From a virus, in IMG/VR virus record IMGVR_UViG_3300025381_000007: a stretch of 64,000 nucleotides of DNA. One strand, given 5' to 3'. Of the stretch, positions 48,383-57,579 are shown one piece after another. Positions within the stretch are counted from its first letter, which is position 1. Every line of letters begins with the position of its first letter. The notes below the pieces were generated by a model. It saw only the letters and a program-made list of their open reading frames with translations, was not told the origin of the DNA and did no database searches. The translations under genes were made by a program, and so were the position numbers.

Positions 48383-50630
48383 CTGTGACCTTTTCTACTG
48401 GTAAAATATCTACTACTTCAAGTTTAAGTTTGTTGTCAACAATCGTAAGATCAACAACACCACCATTGGTTAACTTACCAAACAAGATTTCCTTACTCAA
48501 CGGGCGTTTGACTTGATCGTCAATAACACGTTGTAATGGGCGAGCACCCATCTTACTATCAAATCCATTAGACACCAAATACTCCAATGCTTCAATAGTG
48601 GGTTTGACAACAATATGTTTGTCCTTGACCAACAAGTTGAGTTCGTTAATAAACTTCTTAACAATCATGATCATAGTTGCATGATCTAACTTGCCAAACT
48701 TGATAATGCCATCCAACCGATTACGGAATTCAGGTGCAAAGAACTTGTTAACAGCATCCTTGGGATCGCCGTCACGTTCTAAACTACCAAAACCTACTGA
48801 ATTCTTTTCAGCATCGGCGGCACCTAGATTAGATGTCATAATAATAATGGTTTGACGACCATCAGCCTTCTTACCATTGCTGCCTGTGATAAAGCCATTA
48901 TCCATCAACTGTAGCAACACAGTGAGTACACTGGGGTGGGCCTTTTCAACTTCATCCAACAACAGTACACAGTTTGGATTCTCTTGTAGTTGCGTAATCA
49001 ACTGACCAGCATTGTCATCAAATCCGACATAGCCCGGAGGAGCGCCAATGAATTTGGCTACACTATGTTGTTCCTGATATTCGCTCATATCAAAACGAAC
49101 AAGTTTAACACCCAAGTTGCTGGCAAGTTGTTTAGCGGCTTCAGTTTTACCAACACCAGTTGGACCAACAAACAAGAAACTACCCACTGGTTTGTTTAAA
49201 GACTTCAATCCAGATTGTGCAATAAACACTTTATCTAGCAATACTTCAATGGCTCGTTCTTGACCATAGACTTTGGCTTTCATATTCTTTTCTAAGTTGA
49301 CTAGATTATTGCTTTCTTTGTTACTAAGTTGTTCCAAAGGAAGGTTAGTAATCTTAGCGACTTCGAATAGAATCTCGTCATGGTCAACAATACCGCCTTC
49401 TTGATCCTTGACTTTAAAGCGAGCACTAGCACAGTCAAGCAAATCGATAGCCTTGTCTGGCAACTTACGATCGTTGATATATTTGGCACTATATTTTACA
49501 GCATCGATAATTGCTTGATTTGTGATCTTAACACCGTGATGTTTTTCGTAATACTTTTTGAGACCTTTGAGAATTTTAACAGCCACTGCTTCGGTTGGCT
49601 CGTCTACAGTGACACGTTGGAATCGACGCATTAGAGCACGATCCTTTTCAAAGTGTTTACGATATTCTTCCCATGTAGTACTAGCAATAACTTTAATCTT
49701 GCCTTTGCCCAATGCACTCTTAAGCATATTGGCCATATCGTTGGCGCCACCACTGCCGCCAGCACCTGCACCATTCATCATATGAGCTTCATCGATGAAC
49801 AAGATACAGTTGCCACGTTTTTCGATTCCGCTAATAACACCCTTCAGGCGTTCTTCAAAATCACCACGATACTTACTACCGGCAAGCATGGCACTAATAT
49901 CTAAACTTAATACAGTATGATCTTTGATAAACTTTGGAACTTTACCTTCAAAAATCTTACGAGCAAGGCCTTCTGCAATAGCAGTTTTACCCACACCTGG
50001 ATCGCCGATGAGAATAGCATTGGCTTTATTACGACGAGCGAGTACCAATGTGATTTCTTCGATTTCTTTTTCTCGACCAATAACTGGATCAATAGTTTTG
50101 GCCTTGGCTTTTGCACTTAGATCTGTACAGAACTGTGCAATCATCCTTTCTATTTGCGGATTTGATTTAGAACGAACTTCCTCTTCATCGATATCCCTAA
50201 TAGCATCTTTGTTTAAGAAAGCAATAAACTTGTCTTTATCGATTTCTGCTTTATTGATAAAATATGATGCATGGCTTTTCTTTTCGCTGAATAGACTAAT
50301 AAAGCAATCCACATGATCGATGGTATCGCGGCCACTAAACACCACTTGCGTAAATGCACGATTAAGCATTTGCTCTACCTTAGAAGTTTTCTTTGGTTTA
50401 GCAATATTAGGATTTACAATATCGAGTAAATCTTTGTCAATAAAGTTTTCAACATCTTTTTTGAGTTGATCTGTGTCGGCTCCAAAATCTTTTAGAATTT
50501 TTACAAAAGGTTCATTGTTTAATAGTCCGCACAAAAAATGCTCTAGTGTAATATATTCGTGATTATGACTAGATGCATTTTGTACAGCATGTTCAAAAAT
50601 CTTTTCTAAATCTTTACTTGGTTCCAACAT
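48351..50630 (-). CDS. clpA: ATP-dependent Clp protease ATP-binding subunit ClpA
   Basis: Clp N domain (EYITLEH), GDPGVGKT, FIDEAH, GPTGVGKTE, RFDMSEY, LLLDEVEKAH, VGF loop, GARPL; no ClpB middle domain. Confidence 0.92.
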   Translation of the reverse strand: MLEPSKDLEKIFEHAVQNASSHNHEYITLEHFLCGLLNNEPFVKILKDFGADTDQLKKDVENFIDKDLLDIVNPNIAKPKKTSKVEQMLNRAFTQVVFSGRDTIDHVDCFISLFSEKKSHASYFINKAEIDKDKFIAFLNKDAIRDIDEEEVRSKSNPQIERMIAQFCTDLSAKAKAKTIDPVIGREKEIEEITLVLARRNKANAILIGDPGVGKTAIAEGLARKIFEGKVPKFIKDHTVLSLDISAMLAGSKYRGDFEERLKGVISGIEKRGNCILFIDEAHMMNGAGAGGSGGANDMANMLKSALGKGKIKVIASTTWEEYRKHFEKDRALMRRFQRVTVDEPTEAVAVKILKGLKKYYEKHHGVKITNQAIIDAVKYSAKYINDRKLPDKAIDLLDCASARFKVKDQEGGIVDHDEILFEVAKITNLPLEQLSNKESNNLVNLEKNMKAKVYGQERAIEVLLDKVFIAQSGLKSLNKPVGSFLFVGPTGVGKTEAAKQLASNLGVKLVRFDMSEYQEQHSVAKFIGAPPGYVGFDDNAGQLITQLQENPNCVLLLDEVEKAHPSVLTVLLQLMDNGFITGSNGKKADGRQTIIIMTSNLGAADAEKNSVGFGSLERDGDPKDAVNKFFAPEFRNRLDGIIKFGKLDHATMIMIVKKFINELNLLVKDKHIVVKPTIEALEYLVSNGFDSKMGARPLQRVIDDQVKRPLSKEILFGKLTNGGVVDLTIVDNKLKLEVVDILPVEKVTDGETSNTENI

Positions 50631-51154
50631 TATTTAAATTTCCTGTTTAATCTTACAATCTTTGTTTTCTTTGGTTTAGACTTTTTAACAGCCATTTCCC
50701 ATTTCAATGAACTTACTCTGTCTTTGAATACAATACCTTCTAAATGATCCAACTCATGTAAAAAGCATTTGCAGTTATACCCGTCAAATTCTGATTCTTG
50801 CCATTCTCCCTTTGAGTTTTGCCATCTTGCTAATATCTTCTTAGGACGCTTAATGTTAACATAAATCCCAGGAAAACTCAAGCATCCTTCTTCGAGATCA
50901 TCGGTTTCGTCAGTCCATTTAACAATAACTGGATTGAAAAATGCCTGTGCTAGTTCTGGACTGGCCTTGTATCCCATAACGAATACACGCATATCTAACC
51001 CAACTTGGGTAGCAGCCAAGCCGATCCCGTCATTGGCCAGCATTGTTTCGATTAAATCCTTTTCTAACTGTATAGGATCAGTGATTGGATTTTCAAAATC
51101 AAACTCTTTTACAACTGTTCTTAGGCTATTGTGTGGAAATTTTAATATTTGCAT
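50630..51154 (-). CDS. def: Peptide deformylase
   Basis: GIGLAATQVG, EGCLS and HELDHLEG motifs. Confidence 0.95.
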   Translation of the reverse strand: MQILKFPHNSLRTVVKEFDFENPITDPIQLEKDLIETMLANDGIGLAATQVGLDMRVFVMGYKASPELAQAFFNPVIVKWTDETDDLEEGCLSFPGIYVNIKRPKKILARWQNSKGEWQESEFDGYNCKCFLHELDHLEGIVFKDRVSSLKWEMAVKKSKPKKTKIVRLNRKFK

Positions 51155-51161
51155 ATGGTAT

Positions 51162-52001
51162 TTAAAATGTTATTTGTTTTAGAATATCTTTTTGTACTTG
51201 ATTGAGTGCAGGAATAATAATGTTTACTGATATTAACATGCGTCCTTTGAATCTATTATCATTTACCTTAGGCATACCGTAGCCAGCTGCCGATAACATC
51301 TGTCCATGCTGTGTTCCCGGGTTTACAGTTAGTTCTAAAGTACGTTTATCAATAGTTTCTACTAGGTATTTTTTACCTAACATAGCATCGATGCAGTTAA
51401 CATCAAGTTGGGTTACTAAATCATCGCCTTGTCTAATAAACTTAGAATGTGGTTGAACAGCAACAGTAAGATGTATATCACCCCTAGGAACACCTTGTAT
51501 GCGATCATCGCCCATTCCGGATAATCGTAATGTCATACCATCGTTAATACCTGCTGGGATTTTAACTTCTAATACCTGATCACGACCGCTAGGCAATGTT
51601 AGGTTAGCAATCATATCTTTGCCACTAAATGCTTCTTCTAATGTAATAGTAGTTTGTATGTTTAGTGTTTGATTGCGTGGTTGCTGTGGCCTTCCTTGTC
51701 CAAAACCAAATCCAAACGGGCTACCGCCGCCACCAAACATACTATTGATAATGTCTTCAAACCCCGGAGGAACTCCGCCGCCAAAATGGCCACCTCCCCC
51801 AAACTGGGGTCTAGGGTTATCGTATTCTGCCCTGGATTCGGGATTACTTAAAATACGATATGCTTCTTCAACTTCTTGGAACTTACGAGTATCGCCACCT
51901 TTATCAGGGTGCCAGGCACTTGCTTGTTTCCTATAGGCCTTTTTGATTTCTTCAGGTGTGGCCGATTTAGAAACACCTAATATTTCATAATAATTATTCA
52001 T
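51162..52001 (-). CDS. DnaJ / CbpA-type co-chaperone (class B, no Zn finger)
   Basis: YYEILGV...IKKAYRK...HPDK; G/F-rich linker; C-terminal DnaJ domain; ATG 52001. Confidence 0.9.
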   Translation of the reverse strand: MNNYYEILGVSKSATPEEIKKAYRKQASAWHPDKGGDTRKFQEVEEAYRILSNPESRAEYDNPRPQFGGGGHFGGGVPPGFEDIINSMFGGGGSPFGFGFGQGRPQQPRNQTLNIQTTITLEEAFSGKDMIANLTLPSGRDQVLEVKIPAGINDGMTLRLSGMGDDRIQGVPRGDIHLTVAVQPHSKFIRQGDDLVTQLDVNCIDAMLGKKYLVETIDKRTLELTVNPGTQHGQMLSAAGYGMPKVNDNRFKGRMLISVNIIIPALNQVQKDILKQITF

Positions 52002-52093
52002 TTTTGTTTTTGCAATTGCCTCCGTGCCATCTTTGATAATTGCCAAGGACCTGCGTTTTTATCTACGCCTAATGTTTGATAATGATCTGCCAT
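51998..52093 (-). pseudogene. 31-aa upstream ORF beginning as a second J-domain N-terminus
   Basis: MADHYQTLGVDKNAGPWQLSKMARRQLQKQK*, ATGA-overlapping the dnaJ-like start. Confidence 0.5.
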
Positions 52094-52101
52094 AATAGAA
52101 A

Positions 52102-52143
52102 AAAGGTATAGTAAATTATACTATACCTTTAGAGTTAAGTCAA
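52102..52143 (-). promoter_or_regulatory. 12-bp-arm hairpin (terminator-like) overlapping promoter TTGACT-N17-TATAAT
   Basis: AAAGGTATAGTA-N5-TACTATACCTTT then T-run on minus strand; -10 at 52115-52120, -35 at 52138-52143. Confidence 0.65.
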
Positions 52144-52149
52144 CTAAAA

Positions 52150-52353
52150 TTATTTCTTATCTGGTACTACTTCTGCACCTTCTAATTTCTTATGAACTTT
52201 GATTTTTTTACAATCTTGAACAGCCTTGCCATCTTTCATAACTGGCTTACCTGCTTTGTCTAGTTTGTCATGACAAACTTCTTTTACTTCTGCTTCGGCA
52301 AATGCCATGCCAACGAATGCTGTTGCTAATAATGCGATTAATAGTTTTTTCAT
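52150..52353 (-). CDS. Small exported protein (signal peptide, 2 Cys)
   Basis: MKKLLIALLATAFVGMAFA|E signal peptide; AAGGA RBS. Confidence 0.7.
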   Translation of the reverse strand: MKKLLIALLATAFVGMAFAEAEVKEVCHDKLDKAGKPVMKDGKAVQDCKKIKVHKKLEGAEVVPDKK

Positions 52354-52364
52354 TTTTATTTCCT

Positions 52365-52997
52365 TTAAATGACTGGATCTACTTGTGGTGCAGGAGCCGG
52401 TTTGCCCCCAAACCCTGTTACTACTTCTGCTGTTGTTGCAACTGGAGTTGTTCCCCAACTTGGGGTTGTCTCGACTGATGCTGTTGAAGGTGTGCTTCCA
52501 AACCCGCCTGGAGTAGGTACTGCGGCGGCTGCGCCGAATCCTCCTGGCGTAGGTGTGCCAAATGCTGGTGCGCCAAACGCTGGTGGGGTGACTGTTGAGC
52601 CGACATTTCCAAATCCTCCTAATGGTTGTGAACCAAACGAGTTAGTAACTGCTGGCGCACTTGGTGGTGGGCTTACTGGCGCTGTTGGACGATCCCAACC
52701 TTTGTTTGCCGCATCCAATGCTGCTTTTTGAGCATCTTTGTCTCCATTTGACAACATAATACCTGACAATGTGCCTGTTAAGAATGTAGCAATAGGAATA
52801 ATCAGTTCAAAGAACTTTTGGTCAATTGGACTAATAGCATTAAGTGGTTGTGTTACAAATATCAAAGAATATAACACAACGAACACAATACCAGTTAATG
52901 TCAATGCTAGGCAAATACCGATAAAGAATTTCAAACGAGCCATCAACTGCTCTTCGGTATATAAAATAGGTTGATGTTGTTGGTTATTATTTTCCAC
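52365..52997 (-). CDS. Two-TM membrane protein with FG-repeat tail (holin candidate)
   Basis: GTG start after AAGGAG; two hydrophobic helices; P/G/T-rich tail with xFG repeats. Confidence 0.6.
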   Translation of the reverse strand: MENNNQQHQPILYTEEQLMARLKFFIGICLALTLTGIVFVVLYSLIFVTQPLNAISPIDQKFFELIIPIATFLTGTLSGIMLSNGDKDAQKAALDAANKGWDRPTAPVSPPPSAPAVTNSFGSQPLGGFGNVGSTVTPPAFGAPAFGTPTPGGFGAAAAVPTPGGFGSTPSTASVETTPSWGTTPVATTAEVVTGFGGKPAPAPQVDPVI

Positions 52998-53304
52998 AAT
53001 TCGCTCCTTGGGCTGTTGCTGGGGTTGAACAACACGGCGTCGGCGCGACGGAAGCCAACGGTTTAATATCTGCTTTAGTTGGGTCATCTTTTGGTGGTCC
53101 TAATCTCGGGTCTCTTTGACCTTTAAAAATATGTTCGGGGCAGGTTCTTGTAACATCACAAGTAGGAAACTTGCATAGTTCCTTGTCCCAGTTTAGTGGA
53201 TCTTGGCAAGGATAGCGGAATCTATCCCCGCTACACATAGCCATGAGTACTGGTATTGCGATTACTACCGCCGCCCATCTCATTAATTTATGATCATTCA
53301 TCAT
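52987..53304 (-). CDS. Cys-rich putative lipoprotein / exported protein
   Basis: Hydrophobic N-terminus then C; RFRYPCQDP.NW....C..P.C.....CP. Confidence 0.6.
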   Translation of the reverse strand: MMNDHKLMRWAAVVIAIPVLMAMCSGDRFRYPCQDPLNWDKELCKFPTCDVTRTCPEHIFKGQRDPRLGPPKDDPTKADIKPLASVAPTPCCSTPATAQGANCGK

Positions 53305-53326
53305 TGTGTTTTGCTCCTTTTGGCAT

Positions 53327-53947
53327 TTAAACGCCAAATATTTGTAGTGCATGTTGATAATTTTTGATACGATCATCGAGACCTAATGTACCGCCATTGA
53401 TACGTTTGGTCATTGTGGTAATATCGCCATTATCAGCATATTGATTTAGGTTGTTGGCTTCCCAGAACCAGCAAGCACTTTGTACACAACCTTCGAATGT
53501 TTTTAAATATTCGCTAGCATCGTCGATGCTGATTTGTAAACTGTCAGCAAATGCTTGATAGTTACTGCGACCAGTTAACTGAATAAGTCCACGACCGCAG
53601 AACTTCCAACCATCACCTGATTCTTCTGGACCATTGCCCATACGACCGGCATATGCTCTGTTGGCAATCTTTTCTTGATTGTGAGCATATTGAGCGGCAT
53701 TGCCAGCATTAAAATAACGAGGCCAAACACGTACTAGACTTTCTGCTTTATAGTTTAAATTTTCTTTAATAAAGTTAAAATTCCCACTTTCGTGAGCACA
53801 TTGTGCTAGGAAAGCTGCTACTCGTTTTGGAGTATTGATTTCATAATCGGGTAATGCTTGTGATAAAGCATCAAACCAATGATCTAAATAGGGATTTTTT
53901 CCTATAATCTGTGATAGTTGTTCTTTTGTTAGTGCGAAATCTGCCAT
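53327..53947 (-). CDS. Glycoside hydrolase family 19 endolysin
   Basis: FLAQCAHESG...ENLNY...GDGWKFCGRGLIQLTGRSNY...TKRINGG...DR. Confidence 0.9.
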   Translation of the reverse strand: MADFALTKEQLSQIIGKNPYLDHWFDALSQALPDYEINTPKRVAAFLAQCAHESGNFNFIKENLNYKAESLVRVWPRYFNAGNAAQYAHNQEKIANRAYAGRMGNGPEESGDGWKFCGRGLIQLTGRSNYQAFADSLQISIDDASEYLKTFEGCVQSACWFWEANNLNQYADNGDITTMTKRINGGTLGLDDRIKNYQHALQIFGV

Positions 53948-53951
53948 AATA

Positions 53952-54212
53952 TTATCCTGCTAAACTTGCTAATGTAATCAATCCATTTATAGCAGTATTT
54001 AACATTTCTAGGTTAGCTAAATCATTCATGGATTGTTGAATTCTTGCTGTATTGTTTAAATCTGCTATGGCCTGCATGTATTCTTCTTTGGTTAGTTGCC
54101 CTGCCTTAAACATTTCTGTATATTGATTAGCGGTATTAGCCGCTTGTTGGATCACTGGATCAGGACTTGTAAAGGCTTGTCCTAGTTGGCCTTGGAATGT
54201 TTCTACGCTCAT
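53952..54212 (-). CDS. Hypothetical protein (86 aa)
   Basis: ATGA-coupled within the lysis region. Confidence 0.65.
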   Translation of the reverse strand: MSVETFQGQLGQAFTSPDPVIQQAANTANQYTEMFKAGQLTKEEYMQAIADLNNTARIQQSMNDLANLEMLNTAINGLITLASLAG

Positions 54213-54610
54213 CTTGGTCTCCTTGCAATGGTTTCTTGCATTTTGTCAGCGTTGGTTTCTACGCTAGTAAACTTAATCTTACAAAACCCCGGACTTACCT
54301 TATCAAACTTAGCATATTGATCTGCTAGACCCTGTGCTATAGTATGTAGATCTCGACTGGCACTAATAACATTGTCATTACGTGGTACATGTTCGCTGTA
54401 TAGCACAAATAGTTGTGTATCGTTTGCTACTTTAACGGCATTGACCTTGCTTAGAACAGGATCATCGCATTGTGCTTTGGCCAACTGTGCTTCTGCTCTA
54501 ATGTCAGTTATTAACTTATATTCGTTAGGATCGTAGTGTGTCATCAGATACGCATCTAATAATGTACATCCTGATAATAATAGCAATGGTAACAATAAAA
54601 GTTTTTTCAT
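54209..54610 (-). CDS. Lipoprotein
   Basis: MKKLLLLPLLLLSGC lipobox. Confidence 0.7.
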   Translation of the reverse strand: MKKLLLLPLLLLSGCTLLDAYLMTHYDPNEYKLITDIRAEAQLAKAQCDDPVLSKVNAVKVANDTQLFVLYSEHVPRNDNVISASRDLHTIAQGLADQYAKFDKVSPGFCKIKFTSVETNADKMQETIARRPR

Positions 54611-54882
54611 TTTATACTATCAAATATTTTCTTTTGGCTGTTATACCATTCAATCCAGTTATCTACTTTGACTTTACATTCATAGTATTGTGAGTAGTTA
54701 GCAGTAACGCCTGCTATTACTTGACTTAACTGTGTAGTTTTTTCAACATCTAATTTTGCTAGATCTGGACAAGTTGTGATCAAATCTTGTGGAACATCTG
54801 GAAATTTAGCAACTATAGGTACACCTTGACTAGCACAACCAGCAAGTGAACAAATTGCACATATTAAAAGGAGTCGTTTCAT
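54607..54882 (-). CDS. Outer-membrane spanin (Rz1-like lipoprotein)
   Basis: LAGC lipobox, Pro-rich, additional Cys; follows i-spanin candidate. Confidence 0.7.
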   Translation of the reverse strand: MKRLLLICAICSLAGCASQGVPIVAKFPDVPQDLITTCPDLAKLDVEKTTQLSQVIAGVTANYSQYYECKVKVDNWIEWYNSQKKIFDSIK

Positions 54883-55340
54883 TTTGTACCCCCTGTTTGA
54901 TTAAACGGATTTGTAGCCGCATTGTTTAAGATTTTAACTACAACAGGATCCAATTTACATTCTGCATTGATTATTTTTTCATTAACCTGTATTTCTTTTT
55001 GTATTTGAACTTGAACATCATGAACAATTTGTTTTTGTTTAACAATCTTAGTTTCGATCACGGTGTTAACTTCTTTTGATTGTTCTGCTGCTAGTCTAAC
55101 TTTTTCTTCGGCTTCTTTAACTTTGGCACGCCATGACATTTCGTTAGCATAACTACCTTCGCCGTAAACACCTGCAACAATTAATAAAGTTGCTAATATA
55201 CGAATTGGTTCTTTATATACATTAAACGCTGGAAAAAAGCCGAGTAATAGCCCTATTACATATAAGACTAGCCCTACTCCTAAAACACTCAAAATCGCAA
55301 ACTGTAATACACTATCTGGAATAAAAGATAGCATCCACAT
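54879..55340 (-). CDS. Inner-membrane spanin (Rz-like)
   Basis: N-terminal TM helices then coiled coil and C-terminal Cys. Confidence 0.6.
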   Translation of the reverse strand: MWMLSFIPDSVLQFAILSVLGVGLVLYVIGLLLGFFPAFNVYKEPIRILATLLIVAGVYGEGSYANEMSWRAKVKEAEEKVRLAAEQSKEVNTVIETKIVKQKQIVHDVQVQIQKEIQVNEKIINAECKLDPVVVKILNNAATNPFNQTGGTK

Positions 55341-55341
55341 C

Positions 55342-56109
55342 TTACCACCTATTTTTTTGGAGTACAACCGCACGGGTACCGTTTCTAATCAGAAACTTGT
55401 CTCCAACCTTGTTTATATCGTAGTTACCTAAATATTTGTTTAAGAATGTTACCTGACTATTGCTACTTTCGTCTAATGACAATGCACCGGGCAACGTTTC
55501 TTTAACATCTTCATAATCACCGATAGCAATAAATGTAGCATCTATATTGCCACTATATGGTTTGCTAAATGTAATAGTATTATCTGATTCTAAAGTAACT
55601 TCTACAGTGCCTTGATCAAAAAACTCTTGTACATCTGTAGTTTTAATTTCTGTAATCTTGTTATCATAATCTGCAGGAGTCATTGGAATATGTTCCATAA
55701 CAGATTGTTCATTGAACTCTACACTACTTGGTGCTTTTTGATATCTAAATCTCCAGGTCTTATTGCCTGTTAGTTTGCTTACACCGTCTAATAAATGTTT
55801 TAGATTTTCTGGAAGTTGAGGATTGCGCTCTAACTCAACAAAAACTTGATATTGACCGTCATGTTCTTCACCTGTGCTCATGTCGGCATCTAAGATATAG
55901 GTGTAACCACGTTCGATAAACTCAACTAGATCTGTTGCAGGATGTTTTTCTTTAACACGAAATCCTAATACAACAATATCAGCATCGTTGCCCATTTTAC
56001 TTTTATATTGGTCAACGGTAAAAACTTCACTAACTAGATCTTTAAGATCGTTAGAGCGAAGACTTTCGTTTAGATTACGCGGTTGGTGCTGTTTCATCTG
56101 CTGTGTCAT
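55342..56109 (-). CDS. Conserved hypothetical (probable late / virion) protein
   Basis: 'LNESL...DL......VD.YKSKMG.D' motif; late operon. Confidence 0.6.
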   Translation of the reverse strand: MTQQMKQHQPRNLNESLRSNDLKDLVSEVFTVDQYKSKMGNDADIVVLGFRVKEKHPATDLVEFIERGYTYILDADMSTGEEHDGQYQVFVELERNPQLPENLKHLLDGVSKLTGNKTWRFRYQKAPSSVEFNEQSVMEHIPMTPADYDNKITEIKTTDVQEFFDQGTVEVTLESDNTITFSKPYSGNIDATFIAIGDYEDVKETLPGALSLDESSNSQVTFLNKYLGNYDINKVGDKFLIRNGTRAVVLQKNRW

Positions 56110-56614
56110 TGCCTGGTTCCTCTAAACCTAACTCGCCTGTACTGGCAGTACCGTCATTTTTATATTTCATTAATTCAGCCATTTGAACATGATCTTTATT
56201 TTGTTGCCCAACATAAACATCTTGCATTAATTTCTTAGGCATAGTGATTTCTACAACCCAAACTGGGTGTGCATCAATCTTACCTTTCTTTGTGCCTGGT
56301 CTAAAATCGTCTGGATGTTTAATCTTACGTGGAACCATAACATGTTCACGTTTGTAAACAACTTGGCAACCATAATCGTATAATCGTTTAGCACCTTCAG
56401 GATCTGGCATTTCTTTTTCGTGCCACATAAATGCACATTTGACAGCATATCGTCCGACATCTGGTCCTTCGACTAACTCGCCTTCTTCCCAGTTCTTGAA
56501 AACATAGATATCCAACTCGTCAAGAACACGCTCAAAGTCTTTAATAACTTTAAAAGCATTATCGTTCTCTGCTAGTTTTTGGACGTTTTTGATTACTTCT
56601 ACAATATCGTGCAT
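56075..56614 (-). CDS. Conserved hypothetical late protein
   Basis: 'DFERVLDELDIYVFKNWEEGELVEGP...MPDPEG'; TAAATA at 56635-56640. Confidence 0.65.
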   Translation of the reverse strand: MHDIVEVIKNVQKLAENDNAFKVIKDFERVLDELDIYVFKNWEEGELVEGPDVGRYAVKCAFMWHEKEMPDPEGAKRLYDYGCQVVYKREHVMVPRKIKHPDDFRPGTKKGKIDAHPVWVVEITMPKKLMQDVYVGQQNKDHVQMAELMKYKNDGTASTGELGLEEPGNDTADETAPTA

Positions 56615-56634
56615 GGTGGTTCTCTTTGCTTTAG

Positions 56635-56711
56635 TATTTATGTTTAGCAAGATTTAAACAAGATTAAACTTTTACCCATTTTGAGCTGATTTTTTCGATA
56701 TAATGTAAATA
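56635..56711. promoter_or_regulatory. Divergent late promoters (TAAATA at 56635-56640 minus; 56706-56711 plus)
   Basis: Both motifs lie in the divergent intergenic region. Confidence 0.55.
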
Positions 56712-56748
56712 TCTATGCAGGTCGATCTTCAATTTACGGAGGCATAAT

Positions 56749-57507
56749 TTGTCCAGAGCAAGAAGACGTAACGAGAAAGAGCAGGTTCAGCGTGATCCAC
56801 GCTTCCAACCTGACACAAATAACTTGATTCAAATCAAGCCTTATTTGAAAAGAAATAAGCAGGTAACGATTGTTCCACGCAACCTAGCACAAGAACAATA
56901 TCTAGAACTGCTGAAAAATCCCAAGAAATTCATTGTATTTGCCATCGGGCCAGCAGGCACGGGTAAAACAATGTTGGGTGTACAGATGGCTATTAAACAG
57001 TTAAAGGAGGGGATGATTAGTAAAATCATTATAACCAGGCCAGCTGTAAGTGTAGATGAGGAGCATGGTTTCCTACCGGGAACCTTAAATCAAAAGATGG
57101 AGCCTTGGACTCGTCCCATTATGGATGTGTTTGAGGATTATTACCATCCAAAAGAAATAGCAGAAATGCTAGAAGATGGCGTTATTGAAATAAGTCCCTT
57201 AGCCTACATGCGAGGTAGAACTTTTAAAAATGCGCTTGTTATCGCAGACGAAATGCAAAACGCCACACCTAGTCAAATGAAAATGTTACTTACACGCATC
57301 GGCGACAATAGCCGTATGGTAGTAACTGGAGACTTAAACCAGGCTGACCGCCCAAGAGAAAACGGATTGCTAGAATTTTGTAATTTATACGGCCAAGGAG
57401 GTGAGTATCGTATGATTGCTATGGCAAGGTTTGAACAACAACACGTTGAGCGTCACCCTGTAGTCAGAGAAATTTTAAAACTATATAAGGATACAGATAT
57501 CGACTAA
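56749..57507 (+). CDS. phoH: PhoH-like ATPase
   Basis: GPAGTGKT, ITRPAV, GFLPG, LAYMRGRTF, DEMQN, LTRIG, GDLNQ.D, RHPVV; TTG start with GGAGG RBS. Confidence 0.95.
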   Translation: MSRARRRNEKEQVQRDPRFQPDTNNLIQIKPYLKRNKQVTIVPRNLAQEQYLELLKNPKKFIVFAIGPAGTGKTMLGVQMAIKQLKEGMISKIIITRPAVSVDEEHGFLPGTLNQKMEPWTRPIMDVFEDYYHPKEIAEMLEDGVIEISPLAYMRGRTFKNALVIADEMQNATPSQMKMLLTRIGDNSRMVVTGDLNQADRPRENGLLEFCNLYGQGGEYRMIAMARFEQQHVERHPVVREILKLYKDTDID

Positions 57508-57533
57508 CACACTCTCTTAACCCCACAAGAGCG

Positions 57534-57567
57534 CCGCACAGTTTTCGACCTGCAATCGACTGTGCGG
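57534..57567 (+). terminator. GC-rich hairpin after phoH
   Basis: CCGCACAGT ... ACTGTGCGG 9-bp arms; no U-tract, so function is uncertain. Confidence 0.45.
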
Positions 57568-57579
57568 TTAAATATTTGT

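Noticed and set aside
48351-52001. Bacterial chromosome segment (clpA, def, dnaJ)
   Set aside because: Same composition and overlap-style packing as the flanking phage genes, with no bacterial synteny
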